A stretch of DNA of 41,097 nt from a virus (taxonomy: Duplodnaviria > Caudoviricetes), in the IMG/VR virus record IMGVR_UViG_3300025600_000033, positions 1-41,097 of that record; one strand, 5' to 3'. Position 1 is the first letter of the stretch. The number at the start of each line of letters is the position of its first letter. Positions 8,380 through 18,963 of the stretch are shown piece after piece. The notes under the pieces are model-generated. The model saw nothing but the letters and a program-made list of their open reading frames with translations. It ran no database searches and was not told where the DNA came from. Both the position numbers and the translations under genes were made by a program.

Positions 8380-9606
8380 TTACTCTAAATATCCAAATTT
8401 CCCAACTTTTCTTAACTCCCCATAATTATATTCCTTAGTCCACTTACTAGTAGTGATATTATTGTTATCAATATCAAAAATTACCCTATGAAAATTATCT
8501 TTACCAAACAATTTTCTTGCATATTCTAACATCCTTAATAATACTTCATCTGAAGGCAGGCTATCTTTTAAAGATATAAACCTAATTTCTCTCCATCCAT
8601 TTCTTAATAATGCATAAGTACGATTGTCTTGTTTTCGATTAAAATCTTTTTGGAGAATTTTTCCGTTTTTAACAGTTAAATTATGACCTCCACCATCAAA
8701 CTCAACATATATCATTTCGTCTGGGAATGCGATATCCAAGAATGACCTTTTATTTGCTAAATAATTTAAGTTACCATTAAATAAACTATTTATGTATCTT
8801 TGTTGCTTAGAACTTTTTACTGTTCCGTTTTTAAAGAATGATTGTCTTATTTTATCTATAATGCTTTCAACTTTAACAACTGTTGTTTCTCCATAGCGTT
8901 CAAAAACAGTATCATCTATTTTTTGTCTTATTTCTTCAGACTGTAATGGGAACTCACACCCATACCTTTCCATGTTAGTTTGAATTGTTTTTTCTCTGAT
9001 TTGTTTGTTTAAAATAGGTATTACTACTCCATAGTTTTCAAACATAGTTTCTTTTTTCTTGTTTATAAATTGTGGCAACATCATTGGGTGATCTACCCCA
9101 TATCTCTCTTGATTGGTTGCTTTAAATTTTAATTGAACTTCATCTGATTGCATAGGCCATTCTTTACCATACTTTTTAAGATTAGTTTCTTTTTTCTTTT
9201 GCTGGAATTCAGGAATATCATTTAGACTTGTCGCTCCATACCTATCCATTAATGTGCGTTCTCTTTTATCATTTATTTCTTTACTTCTAGATGGATTATT
9301 TATTCTAAAACTTGATATATTACATTCTTTCATTTTAATGCCGTAATGTTTATCACAGCAATTTTTAGGAATTATTGCTAAAGATTTTTGAGTATAGTAA
9401 TTCCATGTCATAGGGACAATTGTTTCTATTCCTTCTTCTAAACAATAATCACATAATACCTCTACTTTTACATTGCTTTTAGGTTTCAAATCTTCTACTT
9501 TAACTTTAAATAAATCTCCCGGTTTTAATTTAGCATAACCTTTTTCTACCCAATATTTAGCTGTTTGATTATTCCACGTTGTTTCAACCTCTTTAGTAAT
9601 TAACAC
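8380..9606 (-). CDS. Free-standing endonuclease: shared N-terminal Zn domain, T-x-x-ERYG repeats, C-terminal Vsr/DUF559-like PD-(D/E)xK domain
   Basis: CDYC; six (D/E/K)(R/K/N)YG repeats; LDIAF...VEFDGGGH...GWREIRF. Confidence 0.8.
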   Translation of the reverse strand: MLITKEVETTWNNQTAKYWVEKGYAKLKPGDLFKVKVEDLKPKSNVKVEVLCDYCLEEGIETIVPMTWNYYTQKSLAIIPKNCCDKHYGIKMKECNISSFRINNPSRSKEINDKRERTLMDRYGATSLNDIPEFQQKKKETNLKKYGKEWPMQSDEVQLKFKATNQERYGVDHPMMLPQFINKKKETMFENYGVVIPILNKQIREKTIQTNMERYGCEFPLQSEEIRQKIDDTVFERYGETTVVKVESIIDKIRQSFFKNGTVKSSKQQRYINSLFNGNLNYLANKRSFLDIAFPDEMIYVEFDGGGHNLTVKNGKILQKDFNRKQDNRTYALLRNGWREIRFISLKDSLPSDEVLLRMLEYARKLFGKDNFHRVIFDIDNNNITTSKWTKEYNYGELRKVGKFGYLE

Positions 9607-9622
9607 AATATATAACCTCTTT

Positions 9623-9726
9623 CCTTATTAAGAGCACAAAATGGAATAAGAGACTCAAAACTGTAAGGTCAGTTCCAAGTCCCTTGTTTTACTTCTAAAC
9701 ATCTGGCCTGACATTTAGAAAACCAC
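9623..9726 (-). ncRNA. Structured 5' leader, copy 1 (three-way junction plus loop-RBS pseudoknot)
   Basis: P2 ttctaaatgtc-aggcca-gatgtttagaa; 16-bp P3 with loop ACCTTA complementary to TAAGG at the RBS. Confidence 0.75.
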
Positions 9727-9776
9727 AATTAAATTCAAAATTATATGTCCCTAATACGGACATAATTATTTATAAG

Positions 9777-10364
9777 TTACATTAAATCAAACATCTTTAC
9801 AGTATTAATATCTAAATTCTTACCTGTAGCATAATAGGAAGGATTCACATAAATTACTTTCTTATGCCCTGATTGCTTTAATTTAAACAATCCTTTATTC
9901 TCAAGTGACTTTACTGCTTTCCTAATAGTTCTTTCTTTCAAACCAATGATAGGTTCTAATTCTTCAAATGTAGGTACTTGACCATTGATCATAATTGAGT
10001 TGGAAGGGAATACTGTAAAATCTCTTAATATGTAATATACAAGTTTCTCATTAACTTCTAATTGCATATTTATCAACTCCTCTAATTTAAAACGATACAC
10101 CATATTAAAATCCCCACCATCATAATTAGACTTTGCTTCTTTTCTTGGTGGTTTCTTTTTCTTTAAAACTTGGTCTAATGAAACTCCACAAATTACTGAT
10201 TCTTTAAATCTCTCAATATTAAATGCTTCCACTTTTTCTTTAACATGTTCTTGTAAACTTTCTTGTGTAAACATTTCTCCTGTTTTAATAGCTACATAGG
10301 AACCTCCAATTGCAGGTACAAATTGGCTATTTAATTCATTAATAAAATCTTGCATCTCTGACAT
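9777..10364 (-). CDS. Winged-helix protein, RepL-like replication/maintenance family
   Basis: TFEELEPIIGLKERTIRKAVKSLENKGLF HTH, then VIYVNPSY; SD AAGGAGG. Confidence 0.7.
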   Translation of the reverse strand: MSEMQDFINELNSQFVPAIGGSYVAIKTGEMFTQESLQEHVKEKVEAFNIERFKESVICGVSLDQVLKKKKPPRKEAKSNYDGGDFNMVYRFKLEELINMQLEVNEKLVYYILRDFTVFPSNSIMINGQVPTFEELEPIIGLKERTIRKAVKSLENKGLFKLKQSGHKKVIYVNPSYYATGKNLDINTVKMFDLM

Positions 10365-10493
10365 ATTTAAATGCCCTCCTTTATGGGTCAACAAAAACAC
10401 CTAATTCGGTATGGGGATGCCGAATTAAAGCATGGTAATGCCTATTAAATATTTCTAATCAAGCAATAGCAATGCTTTGCGAGGTTGCCCTTC

Positions 10494-10787
10494 TTAATTC
10501 TTCACGTTCTCATTCACTTGGTTTCTCTCATACTTTGCTATTTCTGCCCTTATGGTTTTTGATATTTGTTTTCTATTTTTAGAGAATGATAAAACATTAA
10601 TATTTGCAATACCATTTACAAAATTATTATAGAGATTTATTAATTCCTCTTTTTCTCCTGAAAAGTGTATAAAAACTTTAATTCCATAACTTTTATCTTT
10701 TGCGATTTCAATTTTATTATATTCATATCCTAAAGTAACAAGATAAGATATGAAATTTGTGTCACTGTATCTAAAGTTCACTTGCAT
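10494..10787 (-). CDS. Hypothetical phage protein
   Basis: SD AGGAGG; 97-aa ORF. Confidence 0.7.
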   Translation of the reverse strand: MQVNFRYSDTNFISYLVTLGYEYNKIEIAKDKSYGIKVFIHFSGEKEELINLYNNFVNGIANINVLSFSKNRKQISKTIRAEIAKYERNQVNENVKN

Positions 10788-11035
10788 AATTAAATGCCTC
10801 CTATAAATTTATAGTTTTTAAATTGAATATAAATTTCCTCAGAAATTTCAAGGATGTCCTAACATCCGCACGTTCTTTCTTTTCTTCTTTAATCCAACTA
10901 CTACATTCAACAACAATAAATAAATCCACTCAAAACTCAAAAATCCCTTAAAACACGCTTATAACCTCATTTAAATATAAATTAAGAGAGTGACAAAAAT
11001 CACTCTCTTCTAACTAAATTATGAAATTTTGATAC

Positions 11036-11082
11036 TCATTCCTAAAAAGTACAACCCAGTAACCATGCACCTTTCAGAGTTT
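11036..11082 (+). repeat. 47-bp intergenic direct repeat, copy 1
   Basis: 40/47 identical to 20857-20903; core taaaaagtacaacccagtaWccatgc. Confidence 0.85.
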
Positions 11083-11170
11083 GTTATTTGTAATGATTCT
11101 AATTTACATAGCATCAAATTTCAATTTCATTCTATTATTGTATTATAATTGAAATTCATGATTTATTCTA

Positions 11171-11719
11171 TTATCTCTCTACAATAATCCCACCATCTAA
11201 AACATACATCTTACCACATTTACATTTATAATACACACCTAATTTTTCTCCACAATCGCAAATATACGCTTTAAACCTTGCAGGATTACCATACCAAAGT
11301 GTATTATTTGGTATATCACATGTAACAACCGAACCAGCCCCTATCATTGAATATTTACCAATTTTATTACCTGCAATTATAGTCGCGTTCGCTCCAATTG
11401 ATGCCCATTCTTCAATAATAGTTTCTTCAAATTTAATAGGATATTGTTTTGAACGTGGTCTGATATCGTTTGTAAAGGTTGCATTTGGACCAATAAATAC
11501 ATTATCAGATATTCTCAATCCATCCCAAATATATACTCCGCATTTTACAGTTACATTATTTCCCAATACTACATCATTTTCAATAAAAGTATGGTCGCAA
11601 ATATTGCACCCGCTACCTATTTTTGCGTTAGAAAGTATATGAGAAAAAGCCCATATTCTAGTATCATCACCTATTTTATCAGTTTCTACTATTGCATTTT
11701 CATGTTTAAAATAACTCAT
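11171..11719 (-). CDS. Hexapeptide-repeat sugar N-acetyltransferase (WbpD/FdtC/WxcM-like)
   Basis: TRIWAFSH, CNICDH, VFIGPNATFTND, GAGSVVT..P...GNPAR; C-terminal Cys cluster. Confidence 0.9.
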   Translation of the reverse strand: MSYFKHENAIVETDKIGDDTRIWAFSHILSNAKIGSGCNICDHTFIENDVVLGNNVTVKCGVYIWDGLRISDNVFIGPNATFTNDIRPRSKQYPIKFEETIIEEWASIGANATIIAGNKIGKYSMIGAGSVVTCDIPNNTLWYGNPARFKAYICDCGEKLGVYYKCKCGKMYVLDGGIIVER

Positions 11720-11802
11720 GGAATTGCCTCCTTAATTTAATTATGTTAATTGTATTATATAACATAATTAAATTAAATAGTACAATTCCATGAGTTATTT
11801 TA
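11707..11802. promoter_or_regulatory. 96-bp quasi-palindrome covering the SD and start of the acetyltransferase
   Basis: Perfect 20-bp outer arms and 17-bp inner arms. Confidence 0.8.
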
Positions 11803-11826
11803 GTTATGGTAAGTTTATATTATATT

Positions 11827-12009
11827 TTAAAGTGACATTAATTGATTCCCAATTTTAATATAAACTCTATCAATGACTCTAATTTCAGACCCTATTTTTA
11901 TATATCCATATGTATATTCTCTTAGTAGATTGCCTATTTTTATTCTTAAAGTTACTGTTGAACCAAATTCAGCAAAACCAAATTCCATAAACCCAAATTC
12001 TGTTGACAT
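11827..12009 (-). CDS. Small hypothetical protein
   Basis: SD GGTGAT; internal EFG and IKIG repeats. Confidence 0.65.
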   Translation of the reverse strand: MSTEFGFMEFGFAEFGSTVTLRIKIGNLLREYTYGYIKIGSEIRVIDRVYIKIGNQLMSL

Positions 12010-12022
12010 TTATATCACCATC

Positions 12023-13459
12023 CTAGTAAAACCTACTAGTAGCTTCGCCTAATACAGTTTGACCATTCAAGGTTTTTACCATTGAAGAACCTTTTATATC
12101 TGAGTATGCAACGATTGGGTTAGGGACACCTGTTGCACATCTGATATGTGTTCCTGCTTGACCTATATCTCCACCAATCATTTTGAATCTTGCAGTACCT
12201 AGTAAATCAATGGCTGGGGCTGTCGTATCCCCCCAGTTTAAGAATGAGAAATTATTAACTTGAATATTCCCACTGTCAGCATAAATAGGAGAGCCTGACG
12301 TTAATCCAGCCCCTGCGGTGTCTCCCCATACTGTTACATTATTTATATTAATACGACCTATTCCATAATTCACAACTTTTAATCCATTGCCACCATTAGA
12401 AAATCCACTTAAAGGAATAAGCCCTCCATTACTAATTTGCCATCCTTGCTGTGTCCCACCTCCTGTACCAGTACCATCAAAAAATAGTGAATTCTTGCAA
12501 TAATCGAAACCGAAAAGAGTTAATTTTCCATAGCAAAGCCCTTGACCTGACGGGCCACCCGATACTTTAAGTCCCGAAGAGTATCCAAAAGCGAAAATCT
12601 TATCTATAATTATTTCGTCAGCTCTATTTATGTCATAAGCTATGCCATTTTGTGCTTGCCATGCCCATAATGATGTTGGTCCTGTTGTCCCGGCAGAATG
12701 TGTGAAAAACGGCCAGAAATGGCAGTTACTAATTCTGTCGCAATCCCAACTGTTATCTGTTGATATTCCTCTGTATATAGGTTGACCTGTTAAGTTAATA
12801 AATCGCCTTCTGCCACCGTAAGCGTATGCTCTTACTGCCCAATATGAATTTAGGAAGTGACAATTTTTAACCTGACAATCAGCTGAATCCATATCAACAT
12901 TAGGAGAAAATATAACTGGGGGGTTAGTATCTGTTTGTTCTGGATACCAAAATACAAAGCCTTCTAATTCACCAGATGAACCAACAAAAACGGCAGGATC
13001 AGCAGTAACAGAACCCTTACCCGTATAAACATTAACGAAGGTACAAATACCTTTTAAACTACTGTCTGCATTTACTTGATCTTGAGTAACAATAATGCGT
13101 ACCCCTTTGAGTTTTGTACCTTTGGGTATTGTTACTTTTGTTTTCCACACGTATCCATTAGGAACTGGGGGTGCAAATACTTCGCACCCCGTTAGTTTTG
13201 CTTCAGCTAAAGCCCTGTTAAATGCAGGAGCATCATCATTTATTCCATCAAGTGCAGGGCTGAAATCGGTAACTAAGAGAATTTTTGAACCAAAGGTTCT
13301 TTGTTGGAGTTTTTTAATCTCAGCTTGGACGTTGTTCATATCATCATGGGTTAAGCTGTATGTCCCATAAGGGGGAGATATTGGATTCTTTTCGTGTGTT
13401 CTGAATGTAGTTGGTAACAAATTTGAATAATCACACGGAACATATATTCCTGTTGCCAT
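12023..13459 (-). CDS. Right-handed beta-helix (pectate-lyase-like) protein, putative tailspike/depolymerase
   Basis: VTDF...DGINDDAPAFNRAL cap motif followed by beta-helix-like repeats. Confidence 0.75.
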   Translation of the reverse strand: MATGIYVPCDYSNLLPTTFRTHEKNPISPPYGTYSLTHDDMNNVQAEIKKLQQRTFGSKILLVTDFSPALDGINDDAPAFNRALAEAKLTGCEVFAPPVPNGYVWKTKVTIPKGTKLKGVRIIVTQDQVNADSSLKGICTFVNVYTGKGSVTADPAVFVGSSGELEGFVFWYPEQTDTNPPVIFSPNVDMDSADCQVKNCHFLNSYWAVRAYAYGGRRRFINLTGQPIYRGISTDNSWDCDRISNCHFWPFFTHSAGTTGPTSLWAWQAQNGIAYDINRADEIIIDKIFAFGYSSGLKVSGGPSGQGLCYGKLTLFGFDYCKNSLFFDGTGTGGGTQQGWQISNGGLIPLSGFSNGGNGLKVVNYGIGRININNVTVWGDTAGAGLTSGSPIYADSGNIQVNNFSFLNWGDTTAPAIDLLGTARFKMIGGDIGQAGTHIRCATGVPNPIVAYSDIKGSSMVKTLNGQTVLGEATSRFY

Positions 13460-13470
13460 ATCTTCACCTC

Positions 13471-16400
13471 CTAAGATGTCACAGTATTGTAAATGATGTT
13501 TACTTTACGAAGATAAATATTAGTGTCTGCTAAAAGTCTAAATACCCTGAATCTAATGAAATTCGCTGTTTGTGGAGGATTCCCAGTTGTAGGCATTTTT
13601 GTCCACGCCTTAAATATATAATCACCATTTCCGTCTTTTGTTTTTGTCATTGTGCGAGAAGTTGTATTTAGATTGTTTATGTCCACTATATTTGGTCCCC
13701 AAGCGGTATCGTATACTGAATCACTACTAATAAAATCGGAGCAGAAATTTACATCTTTTGCTATATCTGCTGACTTGATTCTAAACTCATGGTAGATGGT
13801 AAAGGTAGTATCATTTATTGGTAACATTCCCCCTATAATTTGCTCGACTGCCATTCCTGTAGGCGTAGCGTCATAGACTTGAAGCTCACTTCCCGAGAAC
13901 GACATAATATCTCCTGTACCTTGGGAAGTTGTTGTCCAAGTACCTGCGGGAGAGTTATCAAAGTCTTGGTCAGCAAACCATACTGTCGTTGAACTCGTTG
14001 TCCCGGCTTTTGTTCCTGCATAGTTTTGTCCAGTAGTCCAAGTTAAAATATTACTATCTATGCTTGTACTTTCAGTAACCTTGATTTTATAGGACGTTCC
14101 AGTTAATAGTCCCGTAATATTATATGGGAAGGATGCGAAAGGAACCGCTGTCGCTTTGGTTACTGACGTTGCCCAGTTATCCGTTGAAACTTTAACGTCA
14201 TAAGTTGAGTTTGTTATATCTGATAATGCAACTTTTACTGTTGTTATATCGAACTCGCTTATTGATAGAGTAGATGGAGGTCGTACAGACGAATAACTGT
14301 CATAGGTAAAGTAATCAAGCATTATGTTGAAATTCGACGATGGAGCCGTATTGGTATGCAATACTTTAATTTTGATCTTATGGGTTCCTAAAACTAATCC
14401 TGTCTTTTGATACATAAGCGTTTTATACAAAACACTCGCATTATAGCAATCTATAGTAGTCTGTAAAACATCATCAATATAGATTTCTGCTTTCCCCTCG
14501 TCAGTCCACTTGTAACCATAAAGACTTATAGATGTACCAATAAATGTAAATTCTGCGGTGCTATTAATAACCGATGTATATTTACCAGAACCTCCAGAAA
14601 AATTCACATCAGAATAATCGGTCCATGTTCCTGTATAAACTACAGCAGGGTCATTTTGTTCTGCCCTAATTAAAACTGGATATAGGGGTGTAGCACTAAC
14701 AACCCCACTCTTAACACTAACACCTCCAAAACTATCAACTGTTTCAATCTGATAACTATAAGACGTTCCATTCACTAATCCTGTGTTTGTATAAGGCAAA
14801 GCCACAGGCGTAGTATTAACCTTTGTAGCACCATTATAAATATTGTAACCTGTCAAAGTTGCTGAATCTGAGAAAGTAGAAGCAGTTACAAGAGATATAA
14901 TATTTTGCGTGTTGCCACTTGCTACTGAAATAGTTGGAGTTGATGGGATTGTGTGAGGCATAGCAAATATCGTGCTTCCTGTTTCAACACCCCAATTATT
15001 TGAAGGACTCTCTCTTGCATTTACCCACACTTGATAATTTGTCCCTTGTACAAGAGTAGCACTAGTAAAGGTATATCCTGCCCCTTGATATGCGGATATG
15101 CTAGGAGCATCATATAGAATTACATATCTCCCTGCTGAGGTGTCATCCGAGCTTGTAGTTCCTTGTGGGCCGTACATAATTCCAATTGCATTCACTGCGT
15201 CTCCTGCTTGTATTCCGTTTATTGTGCCTTGGGCAACGAACCCCGTCGCTGTAACCGCACTAATTATAGGAGTTGTTGAAGTTGGTGGAACATTAGCAAC
15301 AGGAATAGCACTGACTTGACTAGAATCAGAAGATTCGATACCATTAGTAACTTCTGTCATAACATAATAATAAGTTGTACCATTTGTTCTACCTGTATGA
15401 GAATAAGGAGAAGTAATACTAGCAATCTTAGTCCCATTTGAATGATTCACTCCTGTAACTGTAGACCAATAAAGATTATAAGTAGCACCAGTTATTCCAC
15501 TTGCAGTCCATGTTAAAGTATTTAATGTATCTCCAGTTGTTGCTGTTACTCCTGCTACAATAGGTACAGGAATACTCAACCCACTAGACTGAACTGCAAT
15601 ACCAGTTAATACTCCACTTGTTGCTACAGGAATAACTTCAAATATTATATTTGTTCCAACATCAGCATCTACAAGTACATAAGTTTTTGCAGTTGCGCTT
15701 GTTATTGCAACACTATTTCTTAACCATCTAAATGTACTTGTTCCTTCTAAATCACTATTAGCATCTGAATAGGTATAGTTTCCTGTCAATGTACTTCCTT
15801 TAGTTGCAGTACCACTAATTGAAACTGAACTTGCAATAGGAGCAGTATTAGAAACAGTAGGTGTACCACTCGCTTGAATAGAATCAGCAGACTCAATACT
15901 ATTTATAACTTCAGTAATTACATAATAGTAAGCTGTACTATTAGTTAATCCAGTATGAACATAAGGAGAAGCAGAAATATTAGCAATCTTAGTTCCATTG
16001 GATTTTGTTACTCCACTTGTTAACGACCAATAAATATTATATGTTGCTCCACTAATTCCACTAGGAGTCCATGCAATAGAGTTTTGAGCAGAAGTAGGTG
16101 ATACAACTAATCCAGAAATACTAGGTACTGGAATAACTGTTCCAATTGATTGCACTGCAATTCCTACTAATGCACCAGTTGAAGATTTAGGAGTCACTTC
16201 AAACACAATTGTTTTGGTAATATCAGCATCAACAAGAATATAAGTATTAGATGTTGCTCCTGCAATTTCAACTGAATTACGTAACCATCTGAATGTAGAT
16301 GTACCTTGTGCATCTGAGTTTACATCTGAATAAGTGTAATTACCTGTTAGTGTACTACCTTTTGTTAATGTTCCTGAAATTGAAACTGCACTTGCTACAG

Positions 16401-17787
16401 GGACACTATTTGTAGTTGCATTAACTATTGCACTTTTAGGACTAAATGCACCTAAAGTATCTACATCTTCTAGTTGATAAGCATACACTGTTCCATTTGT
16501 TCTTCCTAAGTCTGTGTAAGGTAAGGTTACTACTCCTACTAAAATACTATCTCTGTATAGATTTTTACTTGCAGACGTTGCTCCACCAGAATATCCAGAA
16601 GCAGCAGAAACTAAACTGATAATATTTTGATTAGTTCCTCCAACTACAGAAATTACAGGTGCTACCGTTGCTCCTGTATGGATGTTAGGAATAGCAGATA
16701 CTTGAGTAGAATCTGTTGACTCAATTCCATTTACAGTTTCAGTAATGACATAAAAATAAGATGTTCCATTTGTTAATCCTGTATGATTATATGGAGAAGT
16801 TGCATTAGGAATTAATGTTCCATTTGATTTAGTAACTCCAGTTGTGAGAGACCAATAAACATTATAAACTGAACCAGTTATTCCACTTGGATTCCATGAA
16901 ATAGCATTTTGAGTTGTTGTTGGAGATACTGTTAATCCTGTTATTGTAGGTACTGGAATTAATAATCCACTTGACAATACAGAATTACCTAGAATTGTTC
17001 CTGTTGTTGCAATAGGAGTAACTTCAAAAGTTAAGGTTTTACCTATATCAGCAGTAATAATTGTATAGGTATTAGAAGTTGCACCTGAAATTGCAACAGC
17101 ATTTCTAAACCATCTGAAGGTAGAAATACCTTGAATATTAGATTCTGCATCACTGTATGTATAATTACCTGCTAATACGCTGTTAATTGTTGCATTACCT
17201 GTGATATTTACAGAAGAAGCAATTGGTTTTTGGTTGAGTAAAGTATGGAATGTAAGAATATCACTCCATGTGATTTGGCCCAAATTATCCTTTGATCCCA
17301 GTTTAATATTGTAATCAGTATTAAAATCTAGTAGTGCAGGGAAAGTATAAGGTAATGTTACAGGATCAGAAATTACTGTTCCATCACTGTAAGCAAGGAG
17401 ATACGTTACAATTCCTGAGTTATCCGTAGATGGTGTAGTTAAAGTAATTCTTGCTGAGTTTGTAGTTAGAGTGTCATATGCAATTGTAGGTTTAGATGGA
17501 TATGCATCAACTGTGTAAACTGCACCATAGACTACAAATATTGAACCTTCTGTCATTGCATCAATTTGTGTCTGAGTTGGAAGCATAGGGGAATTTATTA
17601 TTTTAGGTGTTGCTGTAGGAACAACAACAGGAATAATTGCTAATCTTTGTTCATATTCAGCTTGAGTTATAATCTCAACTTCTGATTCTACGAATCCTGC
17701 ATGACTTGAATTTTGAATCATAGTTGTCTGATTATTTTCTGAACCATCAATAACTTTTACTGTATTTTTAAGTACGCAATATTTCAT
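13471..17787 (-). CDS. 1438-aa multi-Ig/FN3 repeat protein, probable virion adhesin
   Basis: Three GNYTYSD...STFRW.RN Ig-like modules alternating with FN3 modules (YNxYWS...HTGLTNG..YxYV); C-terminal beta-sandwich. Confidence 0.8.
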   Translation of the reverse strand: MKYCVLKNTVKVIDGSENNQTTMIQNSSHAGFVESEVEIITQAEYEQRLAIIPVVVPTATPKIINSPMLPTQTQIDAMTEGSIFVVYGAVYTVDAYPSKPTIAYDTLTTNSARITLTTPSTDNSGIVTYLLAYSDGTVISDPVTLPYTFPALLDFNTDYNIKLGSKDNLGQITWSDILTFHTLLNQKPIASSVNITGNATINSVLAGNYTYSDAESNIQGISTFRWFRNAVAISGATSNTYTIITADIGKTLTFEVTPIATTGTILGNSVLSSGLLIPVPTITGLTVSPTTTQNAISWNPSGITGSVYNVYWSLTTGVTKSNGTLIPNATSPYNHTGLTNGTSYFYVITETVNGIESTDSTQVSAIPNIHTGATVAPVISVVGGTNQNIISLVSAASGYSGGATSASKNLYRDSILVGVVTLPYTDLGRTNGTVYAYQLEDVDTLGAFSPKSAIVNATTNSVPVASAVSISGTLTKGSTLTGNYTYSDVNSDAQGTSTFRWLRNSVEIAGATSNTYILVDADITKTIVFEVTPKSSTGALVGIAVQSIGTVIPVPSISGLVVSPTSAQNSIAWTPSGISGATYNIYWSLTSGVTKSNGTKIANISASPYVHTGLTNSTAYYYVITEVINSIESADSIQASGTPTVSNTAPIASSVSISGTATKGSTLTGNYTYSDANSDLEGTSTFRWLRNSVAITSATAKTYVLVDADVGTNIIFEVIPVATSGVLTGIAVQSSGLSIPVPIVAGVTATTGDTLNTLTWTASGITGATYNLYWSTVTGVNHSNGTKIASITSPYSHTGRTNGTTYYYVMTEVTNGIESSDSSQVSAIPVANVPPTSTTPIISAVTATGFVAQGTINGIQAGDAVNAIGIMYGPQGTTSSDDTSAGRYVILYDAPSISAYQGAGYTFTSATLVQGTNYQVWVNARESPSNNWGVETGSTIFAMPHTIPSTPTISVASGNTQNIISLVTASTFSDSATLTGYNIYNGATKVNTTPVALPYTNTGLVNGTSYSYQIETVDSFGGVSVKSGVVSATPLYPVLIRAEQNDPAVVYTGTWTDYSDVNFSGGSGKYTSVINSTAEFTFIGTSISLYGYKWTDEGKAEIYIDDVLQTTIDCYNASVLYKTLMYQKTGLVLGTHKIKIKVLHTNTAPSSNFNIMLDYFTYDSYSSVRPPSTLSISEFDITTVKVALSDITNSTYDVKVSTDNWATSVTKATAVPFASFPYNITGLLTGTSYKIKVTESTSIDSNILTWTTGQNYAGTKAGTTSSTTVWFADQDFDNSPAGTWTTTSQGTGDIMSFSGSELQVYDATPTGMAVEQIIGGMLPINDTTFTIYHEFRIKSADIAKDVNFCSDFISSDSVYDTAWGPNIVDINNLNTTSRTMTKTKDGNGDYIFKAWTKMPTTGNPPQTANFIRFRVFRLLADTNIYLRKVNIIYNTVTS

Positions 17788-17802
17788 ATATTTCTCCTTT
17801 CT

Positions 17803-18495
17803 TTAATGATAGAAACATTCTATAAATAACGTAACTGTTCCAGTTGGTAAACCTGTTTTTGACCAAGTTAAATCAAATTGTCCATTTAATAAATTACCAA
17901 ATGTTGCAGTTTGAAAATCAGATGCACTAGTAGCAACAGACCCAATAGCAGTAGACGAAGTAGATGTACAATATCCTGTTGTATTTTTATATATTCCAGT
18001 ACAATTTTGTCCATTTCCATTTGAATGCCATGAACCAGTTGAAAATAGTAAATCAGTATTATTATTTATTCCGATTCTAATAGAAACACTTTTTGGGATA
18101 GATGTTAGTCCTGTTATTGTTTGAATACCAGTGAGGGTTATATCTCTTACAACTGTAATAAGTTGTGATGTTATTTCTGTTGAATGGGAGGTTATTTGTT
18201 GTTGTATTTCTGATATATGTCCTGCTACAAGGAATAATTGACATTTATCATTTGCTTGAAATGATTTTGCAGATGTATTATCCATAGCTCTATTTACTGT
18301 AAATACATTACCTGTTTTTAATGTCACTTCTAATATCTCGTTTAAAGTTGTGTCAACACTTGAAATTAATGTAATATAGAATGGAGCAACAGGGAATGTA
18401 TCTGCTGTTACTGTAATTGTTAAGTCTGATATTCCAACAGGATTCACTAGGAGTGCAGATGCATTATTGGCAACTTTATGAAATGAAATCGTAAT
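17803..18495 (-). CDS. Tail/fibre-associated protein; probable ATT start
   Basis: EILEVT...FTVNRAMDNTSAK motif typical of phage minor structural proteins; SD AGGAAGGTGAT. Confidence 0.6.
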   Translation of the reverse strand: MTISFHKVANNASALLVNPVGISDLTITVTADTFPVAPFYITLISSVDTTLNEILEVTLKTGNVFTVNRAMDNTSAKSFQANDKCQLFLVAGHISEIQQQITSHSTEITSQLITVVRDITLTGIQTITGLTSIPKSVSIRIGINNNTDLLFSTGSWHSNGNGQNCTGIYKNTTGYCTSTSSTAIGSVATSASDFQTATFGNLLNGQFDLTWSKTGLPTGTVTLFIECFYH

Positions 18496-18531
18496 TGTAA
18501 TCACCTTCCTTTCAGGTAGATTATATTTGTT

Positions 18532-18948
18532 TTATAATGTTGACTCAATTTGTGATAAAATTGAGATATTTACAGACCTATCATTCTCAGGAAGCTCTAT
18601 TAAATTTGCCCTCCCTCTGCAATAGAAAATTGTATTTACTGGTGTAATTTGAGTAGCAATTGATATCGGAGATCCGTAGGGTTGCCAAACTACATTGTCA
18701 AGAGAAAGTGCCCAATTAGAAGAACTTGCTCCTACTAAACTAATAATTGTTGGAACTTCTGCCGATGTTTGGTACGTACTTTCGCTACGAATTCCAATCT
18801 TTTTCCCCTGAGAAATTTCGCTGTTTGTAGCGTTAACGCCTATAATAATAGGACTAGTCTCACTATCGTTTTCACTGACAATGACACCATCAGTTAATCC
18901 TACAGTGGGGTTGTTTTGATATAAATGTACAAACAAGTTATTTTCCAC
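18532..18948 (-). CDS. Hypothetical structural protein
   Basis: In late operon, beta-rich. Confidence 0.6.
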   Translation of the reverse strand: MENNLFVHLYQNNPTVGLTDGVIVSENDSETSPIIIGVNATNSEISQGKKIGIRSESTYQTSAEVPTIISLVGASSSNWALSLDNVVWQPYGSPISIATQITPVNTIFYCRGRANLIELPENDRSVNISILSQIESTL

Positions 18949-18963
18949 CTTTCTATAATTGCA

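Noticed and set aside
11036-11082. CRISPR leader or array near the repeat
   Set aside because: No regularly spaced repeat-spacer units anywhere in the window; no cas genes
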